IMG/VR virus record: IMGVR_UViG_3300023174_002543
Coordinates: 124,001 to 188,000 of that record
DNA: 64,000 nucleotides
Reading direction: 5' to 3' (one strand)
Positions within the stretch are counted from its first letter, which is position 1; each line of letters starts with the position of its first letter. The translations under genes were made by a program, and so were the position numbers. Shown here in pieces: positions 29,660 to 36,780 of this stretch. The notes under the pieces were generated by a model that was given only the letters and a program-made list of their open reading frames with translations, did no database searches and was not told the DNA's origin.

Positions 29660-30358
29660 TTAATCCACTCTTCCTATTATTTGGGTATAGTAATTCTTTG
29701 CTATAGTCTCACACCCTTCTACATTGGGATGCTTACAACTTTGTGCATACTGATTGTTATTTGCTATAAAATCCGATAGTGTTTTATAATTAGTGTCTGG
29801 GTTAAGAAATGATTCGTTATATAGTAGTTGTCGTTTATCAGGTCCTACTAAATGACCAAATACATCATAATGGTCACATACACTATAATAGAATTTGCAC
29901 TTTACTTTATTTCTAATATATTCGTTATATGCAATTATTCTGTATATTTCTTGGTCAGCATCATAAAAACTATCTTTATACGTATTAATTAGTTGATTTA
30001 ATTTTTGAGATGACATATTGTCATACCAAGATACTTCATATTCTTTGTCAGTATTTTTAACAAGCGAGTCCTTTAGCCAAATTGGTGCAATATGATTAGT
30101 GTGTATTTTTTCTATATGCGCCCATTGAAATATAATAATATCGTCTGCATGCGGAAAAACACTGTTTGTAGTAAACTTAGACAATATTTGATAGTTACAT
30201 GCGCCCGCCCAACTTTTATTGTTAAGATCCATGTTCAATAGTTTTGCAAGATAAAATGGTATTGAATTTTCAGTAATCCATTTATGTGCGTTGGGGTTGT
30301 TACCGTCACTTGTACCGTATAAACCATAACTGCAACCGTAAAAATGTAATGTAGGCAT
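29660..30358 (-). CDS. SGNH-hydrolase-like protein
   Basis: FYGCSYG, NKSWAGACN, HPN..G near the C-terminus. Confidence 0.6.
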   Translation of the reverse strand: MPTLHFYGCSYGLYGTSDGNNPNAHKWITENSIPFYLAKLLNMDLNNKSWAGACNYQILSKFTTNSVFPHADDIIIFQWAHIEKIHTNHIAPIWLKDSLVKNTDKEYEVSWYDNMSSQKLNQLINTYKDSFYDADQEIYRIIAYNEYIRNKVKCKFYYSVCDHYDVFGHLVGPDKRQLLYNESFLNPDTNYKTLSDFIANNNQYAQSCKHPNVEGCETIAKNYYTQIIGRVD

Positions 30359-30423
30359 GAAAATATTTATTGACTATTTACGTACTAGATAAAATTAAAT
30401 GGGTAAACAAGTTGAAAAAAATG

Positions 30424-30452
30424 TTGACACTAAAAGAATTTTGATATATACT
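30424..30452 (+). promoter_or_regulatory. Sigma70 promoter at the head of the RNA hub
   Basis: TTGACA-17 nt-TATACT. Confidence 0.8.
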
Positions 30453-30527
30453 ACACACATGAATTGCAAAAGGCATAAAAACAATGCTTATTTCAAAGAA
30501 TTTTTAACCAGGACTAAATAAAAGACT

Positions 30528-30668
30528 ATGATGAATAAATCTTGTAACATGCAGAAACATAACGGACAATGGCTAACGCTAGCCATATCGTTTGTACCAG
30601 CATATCCTACAAGTATTCGCGGCGCAAATGAGTCAATCGACAATTTAAGAGGCCCGGGGACTAGGTAA
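30528..30668 (+). CDS. Putative 46-aa leader peptide (MMNKSCNMQKHNGQWLTLAISFVPAYPTSIRGANESIDNLRGPGTR)
   Basis: TAAATA 7 nt upstream (30515-30520); followed by a terminator. Confidence 0.45.
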   Translation: MMNKSCNMQKHNGQWLTLAISFVPAYPTSIRGANESIDNLRGPGTR

Positions 30669-30697
30669 CAAGTTTAACATCATAAACACATTTATCT

Positions 30698-30736
30698 AAC
30701 CCCTGGGAAACTAAAAAGTCTCAGGGGTTTTTGTTT
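30698..30736 (+). terminator. Intrinsic terminator (possible attenuator)
   Basis: 11-bp stem AACCCCTGGGA/TCTCAGGGGTT followed by a U-rich tail. Confidence 0.75.
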
Positions 30737-30764
30737 GTGTGTTGTAATAAAACAACAATGGAGT

Positions 30765-30793
30765 TTGACAACAAATGAAAAATGAATTACAAT
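30765..30793 (+). promoter_or_regulatory. Sigma70 promoter preceded by TGTTG-N8-CAACA (30740-30757)
   Basis: TTGACA-17 nt-TACAAT. Confidence 0.7.
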
Positions 30794-30940
30794 TGGTTGC
30801 TTCTGATAAGGTAAATTGGTTCAAGAATCATACTATGTCAGAGGAACAACGAAAAAAATTGATTGAAGACAAATTAAAACGTGCCTTCAAACGAGTAGAG
30901 TTAGACAGCAAAATTAAAGTTTTGCCCAAGTAATCTCAAA

Positions 30941-31063
30941 GTGGTAGTAGTAACGAGGACTACATTACACACTATAAACAGTAATAAACGGGCGGACAGT
31001 ATACATGAAATTCATGGCGACAACGTGGAAAGTAAGACTACTGGTTAGGGTATCGACCCTAAC
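30941..31063 (+). ncRNA. Candidate structured ncRNA
   Basis: Non-coding; several hairpins including GTTAGGG-tatcga-CCCTAAC. Confidence 0.4.
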
Positions 31064-31169
31064 ATAGCATCGAAAGATGCTATTCTAAAACATATTTTAG
31101 TGGAACAACTGGTACTATAACTACCTACCCACACGACTCGGGAGTACTGAATGTGTTTTAGAATAGCAT
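31064..31169 (+). ncRNA. Long-stem clamp element with alternative 5' hairpin
   Basis: 19-bp stem 31077-31095/31151-31169; ATAGCAT at 31064 competes for the same ATGCTAT. Confidence 0.55.
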
Positions 31170-31233
31170 AGTGCGAGGAAAAGAATCACACCTCCTGACG
31201 GGTGAAGTACGCACTTGACTATTAAAAACATGT

Positions 31234-31307
31234 TGGCGTATAGTGTAATGGTAACACCACAGACTTTGACTCTGTTATTCTAGGTTCGAGTCCTAGTACG
31301 CCTGCCA
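31234..31307 (+). tRNA. tRNA-Gln(TTG)
   Basis: Cloverleaf; ACAGA-ctTTGac-TCTGT; GGTTCGA; CCA. Confidence 0.93.
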
Positions 31308-31312
31308 AATTT

Positions 31313-31387
31313 GGGCTGTTAGTGATAATGGGAGCACGGGGGCTTTGCACGTCCTAGGTAAGAGTTCGATTCTCTTACGGTCCACCA
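31313..31387 (+). tRNA. tRNA-Ala(TGC)
   Basis: G3.U70 identity pair; loop ttTGCac; CCA. Confidence 0.9.
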
Positions 31388-31485
31388 AACATTCTCCCTT
31401 GCATATGGAGTACAATGTGATAAGTTATATGCAGTCTACAGACCTCTGCTTTCCTGGTTGTGCAGCAAACAATCAGGCCTAATTT

Positions 31486-31562
31486 GCGACCATAGTTCAT
31501 TTGGATAGAATACAACGCTACGAACGTTGGGGTGGGAGGTTCGAATCCTTCTGGTCGCACCA
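31486..31562 (+). tRNA. tRNA-Arg(ACG)
   Basis: CAACG-ctACGaa-CGTTG; CCA. Confidence 0.93.
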
Positions 31563-31563
31563 T

Positions 31564-31637
31564 GCTCTCATAGTATAAAGGCATTACACTACATTGGTAA
31601 TGTAGAAACACTGGATCGTTACCAGTTGGGAGCACCA
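31564..31637 (+). tRNA. tRNA-Thr(GGT)
   Basis: CTACA-ttGGTaa-TGTAG; T-loop GATCGTT variant; CCA. Confidence 0.9.
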
Positions 31638-31705
31638 TTATAGAAACATACTCTAACTTTATTGTGACACGTGGGTTCATCCATGAAGTATGTTTCTATA
31701 ATGGT
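31634..31705 (+). ncRNA. Clamp hairpin pairing tRNA-Thr ACCA with the 5' end of the next tRNA
   Basis: Perfect 19-bp inverted repeat ACCATTATAGAAACATACT/AGTATGTTTCTATAATGGT. Confidence 0.7.
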
Positions 31706-31778
31706 TGAGTAGCATAGTGGCTAATGCACCACCTTCATACGGTGTTTATCGTCGGTTCGAGTCCGACCTCAACTACCA
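31703..31778 (+). tRNA. tRNA-Met(CAT), probably elongator
   Basis: Loop ttCATac; cloverleaf; CCA. Confidence 0.85.
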
Positions 31779-31780
31779 GA

Positions 31781-31936
31781 TTTCTGAGATAGACGATAGG
31801 TTTGAGTCCCTGCCAATCTAGCCACAGTGTGGTGTACTGTGGTAACACTACAGTATGATTGAAGCCGGTTAGTTAAACTTGCCTATACGAGACAATCATG
31901 TGAGTCCTCCCAGGAGGATAGTGTGGCTCTCAGAAA
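31781..31936 (+). ncRNA. Candidate multi-branch ncRNA
   Basis: Closing TTTCTGAGA/TCTCAGAAA; inner AGCCACA/TGTGGCT, TACTGT..ACAGTA, ATGATTG/CAATCAT, TCCT/AGGA. Confidence 0.55.
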
Positions 31937-31944
31937 CCTATATA

Positions 31945-32019
31945 GGGTCTTTGGTGAAATGGATATCATCTCGGTCTTCGAAACCGAGGGTGGGAGTTCG
32001 ATCCTCTCAAGACCCGCCA
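31945..32019 (+). tRNA. tRNA-Arg(TCG)
   Basis: TCGGT-ctTCGaa-ACCGA; CCA. Confidence 0.92.
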
Positions 32020-32032
32020 ACAAGGAGTTATT

Positions 32033-32386
32033 ATGGATTTTACTTTAGATGAATCTTGTATTTGTGATGTACAAATTAAAGAAGTATATAGTGTATTCAA
32101 AGGTAGAAATCCTGATAGTCTTACACCAGATGAGTTGATGAGGATACTTAAAGGTACAGATAAGATGACAAGTGTGTTTTCTAAGGATCATCCAGAATTT
32201 AATAGATTTAGAGAACAGTTAGGTGTTGAAGGTTACATAAGAATAGAACGTGGTTGGTGGAATGGTGATAGAGTGTTAAAGCCATTTACATTGAACGGTG
32301 TGAAATTTATAGTAGGTGACCAGTTTTCTTCAGCATGTGCAATGAAACATCACCTAGAGTTTGCAAGAAAATATAACCGAGTATAG
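32033..32386 (+). CDS. Hypothetical protein inside the tRNA array
   Basis: AAGGAG RBS; last codons overlap the tRNA-Pro 5' end. Confidence 0.75.
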   Translation: MDFTLDESCICDVQIKEVYSVFKGRNPDSLTPDELMRILKGTDKMTSVFSKDHPEFNRFREQLGVEGYIRIERGWWNGDRVLKPFTLNGVKFIVGDQFSSACAMKHHLEFARKYNRV

Positions 32387-32452
32387 CGTAATCAGGTAGC
32401 GTTCATGGTTTGGGACCATGCGGTCAAGGTTCAAATCCTTGTACTCGGACCA
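32377..32452 (+). tRNA. tRNA-Pro(TGG)
   Basis: CATGG-ttTGGga-CCATG; CCA. Confidence 0.92.
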
Positions 32453-32457
32453 ATTTA

Positions 32458-32549
32458 GGAAAGTAATGCAGGTGGGATGGTCCGCCGACGAGCCTTGAAA
32501 ACTCGGTTCTCAGAAATGGGATGGGGTTCGACTCCTCTGCTTTCCGCCA
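32458..32549 (+). tRNA. tRNA-Ser(TGA) with 8/4 acceptor/T-stem structure
   Basis: GGAAAGTA/TGCTTTCC 8 bp; GGGG/CCTC 4-bp T-stem; long V-arm; G73; CCA. Confidence 0.85.
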
Positions 32550-32558
32550 ATAACATAT

Positions 32559-32634
32559 GGTGTTGGTAGCTCAATGGTAGAGCCCTGGATTGTGATTCCA
32601 GTTGTTGCGAGTTCGAGTCTCGTCCTTCACCCCA
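32559..32634 (+). tRNA. tRNA-His(GTG) with encoded G-1
   Basis: CTGGA-ttGTGat-TCCAG; G-1:C73; CCA. Confidence 0.92.
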
Positions 32635-32643
32635 ATTTTAAAT

Positions 32644-32735
32644 GCCAGCGAGACTTGGTAGTCAGAGAGGTCTTATACACCTTTTAGCGCCAGATTAGCG
32701 TTCTTGAGTGAGTTCGATTCTCACCGCTGGTACCA
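32644..32735 (+). tRNA. tRNA with TAT anticodon (Ile, AUA reader), long variable arm, minimal D-loop
   Basis: GCCAGCG/CGCTGGT; GACT-tggt-AGTC; AGGT-ctTATac-ACCT; long V-arm; CCA. Confidence 0.8.
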
Positions 32736-32739
32736 ATAT

Positions 32740-32803
<64 letters not shown>

Positions 32804-32815
<12 letters not shown>

Positions 32816-33001
32816 TTCAGGATTCAAAATGAATTCGGCTTTTTCAAGTACAGGATCAGGTATATATTCTTGTATATCAAGTTTAGGATCAGGTACAAAT
32901 GTAGTACTAGTAGTCCATGATGAAGTTGGTTTATATGGCTCATTACTAAAACGATATAGTATATCGTAATTGTTAAGAGTTTTTTCAAATGAACGTGCCA
33001 T
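32804..33001 (-). CDS. Small antisense hypothetical protein within the tRNA array
   Basis: TATAAATA on the minus strand 5 nt upstream of the ATG; internal PDP.L repeat. Confidence 0.55.
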
Positions 33002-33013
33002 AACATTATTTAT

Positions 33014-33090
33014 ACCCCAGTGACGTAATTGGCAAACGTGTCTCTCTCAAAAGGAGAATTCTGCAGGTTCAAATCCTGCCTGGGGTACCA
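33014..33090 (+). tRNA. tRNA-Leu(CAA) with short variable loop
   Basis: TCTCT-ctCAAaa-GGAGA; 5-nt V-loop; CCA. Confidence 0.88.
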
Positions 33091-33136
33091 ATCGTGTTAA
33101 ATAATATTAGTGACAACAACATAGAAGGAGAAAGTA

Positions 33137-33697
33137 ATGTCTGTTTTAGCACTAGATGTGTCAGGAGTTCCAAGACAATGGATCTCTAAAGATGACGCAA
33201 TCACCTATCATGCCAAAAATGCAGTAGCATGGGCACTAGGTGAAGTTGTAGCAAAGTATCGCGGTGGATTTCAAAAGTCCGGCGAGATGAGTTACATTGA
33301 ATCACAAAGTATAATTGCTATTAAAGGACATGGCTTCAATCCATATAAACATTCAACCGTTGCATTAACAAACAGAACATTGTTTGGTCGTGACCGGCAT
33401 GTGTGTGCATATTGTGGAGTACATTATCCGAACTATCATAATCTAAGTAGGGACCACATTGTCCCTAAATTTTTAGGTGGTGAAAACACTTGGATGAATG
33501 TGGTTACTGCTTGCCGTGAATGTAATAGCAAGAAAGGTCATAAGACATTGAAAGAATCACGTATGGAATTACTGTATGTGCCTTATGCACCTAATCACTA
33601 TGAAAACATGATACTGCAACAACGTAACATACTTGCGGATCAAATGGAATATCTGTTAGCAGGTGTCCCAAAACATAGTAGAATCTTACTATCGTAG
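33137..33697 (+). CDS. HNH endonuclease-domain protein
   Basis: RD.H.CAYCG, SRDHIVPK..GG.N.W.NVVTAC..CN.KK; AAGGAG RBS. Confidence 0.9.
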   Translation: MSVLALDVSGVPRQWISKDDAITYHAKNAVAWALGEVVAKYRGGFQKSGEMSYIESQSIIAIKGHGFNPYKHSTVALTNRTLFGRDRHVCAYCGVHYPNYHNLSRDHIVPKFLGGENTWMNVVTACRECNSKKGHKTLKESRMELLYVPYAPNHYENMILQQRNILADQMEYLLAGVPKHSRILLS

Positions 33698-33704
33698 AAG
33701 GATT

Positions 33705-33745
33705 TCACCGAGATGGTTGACAATAAATTATCTCGGTGATACAAT
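33705..33745 (+). promoter_or_regulatory. Sigma70 promoter with a 10-bp inverted repeat flanking the -35
   Basis: TTGACA(33717)-17-TACAAT; TCACCGAGAT/ATCTCGGTGA. Confidence 0.75.
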
Positions 33746-33764
33746 ACACATTAAATAAAAAGAC

Positions 33765-33839
33765 GCCGACTTAGCACAGTGGTAGTGCAATCGCCTTGTA
33801 AGCGATAGGTCATCAGTTCGAATCCGATAGTCGGCACCA
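33765..33839 (+). tRNA. tRNA-Thr(TGT)
   Basis: ATCGC-ctTGTaa-GCGAT; CCA. Confidence 0.92.
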
Positions 33840-33846
33840 AATTTAT

Positions 33847-33922
33847 TCCTCGATAGCTCAGTTGGTAGAGTGCCGGACTGTTAATCCGTTGGTCCCTGGT
33901 TCGAGCCCAGGTCGAGGAGCCA
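33847..33922 (+). tRNA. tRNA-Asn(GTT)
   Basis: CGGA-ctGTTaa-TCCG; CCA. Confidence 0.94.
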
Positions 33923-33941
33923 ATTACTCAATGGAGAAATT

Positions 33942-34136
33942 ATGTTAGTTAGTGAAAACGCAGGTTATAAATTGTATTGTGAAGTTCGCAAACTTGATAT
34001 ACATCCTCAGGATAATCATGTCCGAATCTATACAACTTATGATTGGGCTAAGAACCCAGATGCTGAACAAAATAAATTAGAGTTATTCCTTAGTGATAAT
34101 GAATTAGAGGTACTTAGACAATCATTGACTGCTTAA
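33942..34136 (+). CDS. Hypothetical protein
   Basis: GGAG RBS; 64 aa. Confidence 0.7.
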   Translation: MLVSENAGYKLYCEVRKLDIHPQDNHVRIYTTYDWAKNPDAEQNKLELFLSDNELEVLRQSLTA

Positions 34137-34723
34137 TTGTTTTGTATAAACAATTGCCAGTCTTCAAAGCTATAGTGATAGTTTTCCAAAACTTCTAACA
34201 TCTTATCAAACACTAGTAATGTTCGTTTGTGACCAGCAAGTTCAGTTTGTACTTGTGTTATTTTTGTTTCAACAATAGATTTTAGAAAATTATCACCCTC
34301 ATCTTGTTTCAATTTAATTTTTTTACTGATAATGGTTAATTTTCTTATGAGTTCATTGCACATGCCAATACCCTTGGTTGTATTACGTTGTGCTTCATAA
34401 ATATCAACTTTCATCTTTAATATTAAATCATCAAGTTCAGGGTTGATTTGCTGAGTAAAATGATTTATCATATTAGAAAGTCTATTTTTGACTTCATTGC
34501 TGATATTAGTGTCCTCATAATAATTGCCGGTACTATCATAATGCTGGCGTTTTATAGGATCAATTAGTGTTTCATACGCTTCTTTGATTCGTATGAATTT
34601 TTTTTCATCACCCCCTTTGTCGGGATGATTGATTTGAGCAAGCGTTCTATATTTTTGTTTGATTTCTTCAAAGGTACAATTTTTTGGTAATTCTAATTCA
34701 TCATAAAGGGTATTGGTATCCAT
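34133..34723 (-). CDS. DnaJ-domain (J-domain) protein
   Basis: LYDELEL...IKQKYR.LAQINHPDKGGD...IKEAYETL.DP..R..YD; TAAATA 4 nt upstream. Confidence 0.9.
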   Translation of the reverse strand: MDTNTLYDELELPKNCTFEEIKQKYRTLAQINHPDKGGDEKKFIRIKEAYETLIDPIKRQHYDSTGNYYEDTNISNEVKNRLSNMINHFTQQINPELDDLILKMKVDIYEAQRNTTKGIGMCNELIRKLTIISKKIKLKQDEGDNFLKSIVETKITQVQTELAGHKRTLLVFDKMLEVLENYHYSFEDWQLFIQNN

Positions 34724-34734
34724 AACATATTTAT

Positions 34735-34809
34735 CTGGCGTTCGTTCAACGGATAGGACATCATTCTTCTAAAGTGATTATAGTGGTTCGATTCCACTAC
34801 GCCGGACCA
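34735..34809 (+). tRNA. tRNA-Arg(TCT)
   Basis: TCATT-ctTCTaa-AGTGA; CCA. Confidence 0.92.
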
Positions 34810-34823
34810 ATCATAAATAATTC

Positions 34824-35528
34824 ATGCGAACAACATCCCAAATAGAAAAGATTAAGTCTGATATAATTCAACCTTATGTAGTTGATAACTTTCTTACGGA
34901 TGATGAAGTTCAATATCTTATTAATATATTTGAGTCCAGAGACTTAGAACCTGCTAAAGTGTATAAGAATACAGGCCCAACAACATTAGATATATTAGAG
35001 ATAATGGATGATAGTGTTATACAAAATGTATTAACAAAAGTAAAAAATGAAATAGGTGATTTTGCACTTACTGCAGGGTTATTTTTCTATACAAATTATC
35101 CACACATAATTCACAACGATGACACGTTTGAATTACCTGATAGTGTGTATAGAGCAATAACTATCCCATTGAAACTATATGGGAATGGTAATGGTTATCC
35201 TAGACTTTGTATGTTTGACCAGTTTTATTTTCATGGTCCTGCAAAGTTCTTTAAAGGTGAAACACACATTGATTCATTCTTTAATAAATGTCTTTATGAT
35301 TATAAAGATGTAGATGGAATAGTAGATACACCGATCAATGATACTGAAAATTTATTAACTCATCTAAAGCCAGAATGGTTAGATGGGTTAAGCATTCATT
35401 CTACCTTTGAATGGAAACCAACTAGTGCAATAATATTTGACAGTGTTAGATTACATAGTGCAAGTGACTTTAGGTCATTGGGCTATAATTTTAAGTTGGG
35501 TCTTAGTATCTTTACAAAACATGGTTGA
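34824..35528 (+). CDS. 2OG-Fe(II) dioxygenase-like protein
   Basis: IIHND (HxD), IIFDS.RLH.ASDF. Confidence 0.6.
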   Translation: MRTTSQIEKIKSDIIQPYVVDNFLTDDEVQYLINIFESRDLEPAKVYKNTGPTTLDILEIMDDSVIQNVLTKVKNEIGDFALTAGLFFYTNYPHIIHNDDTFELPDSVYRAITIPLKLYGNGNGYPRLCMFDQFYFHGPAKFFKGETHIDSFFNKCLYDYKDVDGIVDTPINDTENLLTHLKPEWLDGLSIHSTFEWKPTSAIIFDSVRLHSASDFRSLGYNFKLGLSIFTKHG

Positions 35529-36027
35529 ATACTTTAAAAAACTTGATATTGTTTTACCTGACTTAGATTTCAATGATATGAATTCGGGTGAAGTATTACA
35601 TAATCCTAGAGGATTAGACTTTACTTATTATAAGATTAAGGAAGAATATATACCTTCATTGACTCTCACATTACCAGTAGAGTATAGAGATAAAGTTTCT
35701 TTAATCGTTTATGTTATAGTAGGTGGACCTTATGTATTTCTTCCACATAGAGATAAAGCAGGTAAAACTGCAATTAACTATTATATAAAAACAGGACCTA
35801 GTGAAACTTCATTTTATGAAGCCAAAACTGAAAACCCTAGATATGTAGTTATTGATGGTGAAGAGTATGAGGGATGGTTTGATTATGATGACATTACTAA
35901 GGTAGCAAGTTTTCAAGCAAACACCAATGACTGTTATAAGTTGTCTATTGGCTCTATGCACGATTTGAAATTATACACAGAAGAAAAAAGACACTTCATA
36001 CAATTTATATTTGAAGAAGAACTATGA
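35521..36027 (+). CDS. 2OG-Fe(II) dioxygenase-like protein
   Basis: LPHRD...TAINYY...MHD..RHFIQ. Start moved to the ATG at 35521. Confidence 0.55.
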   Translation: MVEYFKKLDIVLPDLDFNDMNSGEVLHNPRGLDFTYYKIKEEYIPSLTLTLPVEYRDKVSLIVYVIVGGPYVFLPHRDKAGKTAINYYIKTGPSETSFYEAKTENPRYVVIDGEEYEGWFDYDDITKVASFQANTNDCYKLSIGSMHDLKLYTEEKRHFIQFIFEEEL

Positions 36028-36683
36028 ACATTGGGTTTTACGGTCATAGCAATTGTGCATACAGGTCACCGGATAGTTTTTTAGATTTGGTTGCAACACA
36101 TTACAATGGTAAAGTTGTAAACAAGGGATGCAAACAGGGCAGTGAAGAACGTATTCTATTTGAATTAAAGAAAACAAAACATATAGATGTTGCAGTAATT
36201 TTTCACTGCCATCATAATGCATTATTCATTCCCAATAGTGATAGAGATGTACATGCGATAGATGTAACATATAATCGGGCAACTGATTTGTTTCGTACAA
36301 CTCATTTAGATACTGAGTTTGAAAAAGAGAACAGCCCAAAGTTTATCAATTTGTTTAAGAATGATGATAACCTATTGAATGTTATTGATACATATAAGAA
36401 TTATCTATATCATCAGGATCTAGAACTAAACAGATATTACGGTGCTTTAATGCAAATTGACCAATATCTAGCATATAAGAAAATTAAAGCAATTCACGTA
36501 ATAGATAAACGTTGTGCCATACCATTATGGTTCAAGTTTAATGGTTATGTGGATGATACCATAATGCAAATTTGTGAACAAGAGTTGGCAAAAAACCCTT
36601 TCTTTGTGAATTGTGTCAGTAAACACGGTAATGTGTTGATTGCTGATAAAATTATTCAAATAATTGAATCGTATAAATACTAA
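36024..36683 (+). CDS. Hypothetical protein, SGNH-like
   Basis: FYGHSNC, NKGCKQGSEERI; C-terminal GN.LIA. Confidence 0.5.
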   Translation: MNIGFYGHSNCAYRSPDSFLDLVATHYNGKVVNKGCKQGSEERILFELKKTKHIDVAVIFHCHHNALFIPNSDRDVHAIDVTYNRATDLFRTTHLDTEFEKENSPKFINLFKNDDNLLNVIDTYKNYLYHQDLELNRYYGALMQIDQYLAYKKIKAIHVIDKRCAIPLWFKFNGYVDDTIMQICEQELAKNPFFVNCVSKHGNVLIADKIIQIIESYKY

Positions 36684-36684
36684 T

Positions 36685-36758
36685 GCGGTTTGTGGTAGAG
36701 CGGTCTTACGCCTGCGTGAAACACAGGAGACGGAGGTTCGAATCCCCCGGCCGCCCCA
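36685..36758 (+). tRNA. Atypical tRNA-like element (apparent GAA anticodon, C73)
   Basis: T-arm GGAGG-TTCGAAT-CCCCC and CCA end, but irregular acceptor and anticodon arm (G32, C31.A39). Confidence 0.5.
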
Positions 36759-36780
36759 AAAACATGAATTGTGAATAATT

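Noticed and set aside
30775-30933. 52-aa ORF starting at 30775
   Set aside because: Its ATG lies inside a TTGACA/TACAAT promoter; at most a 32-aa ORF from 30835, not supportable.
31779-31936. Hammerhead or theta (HDV-like) ribozyme call
   Set aside because: Only the partial TGAGTCC motif is present; the conserved catalytic cores are not seen. Kept as an unassigned candidate.
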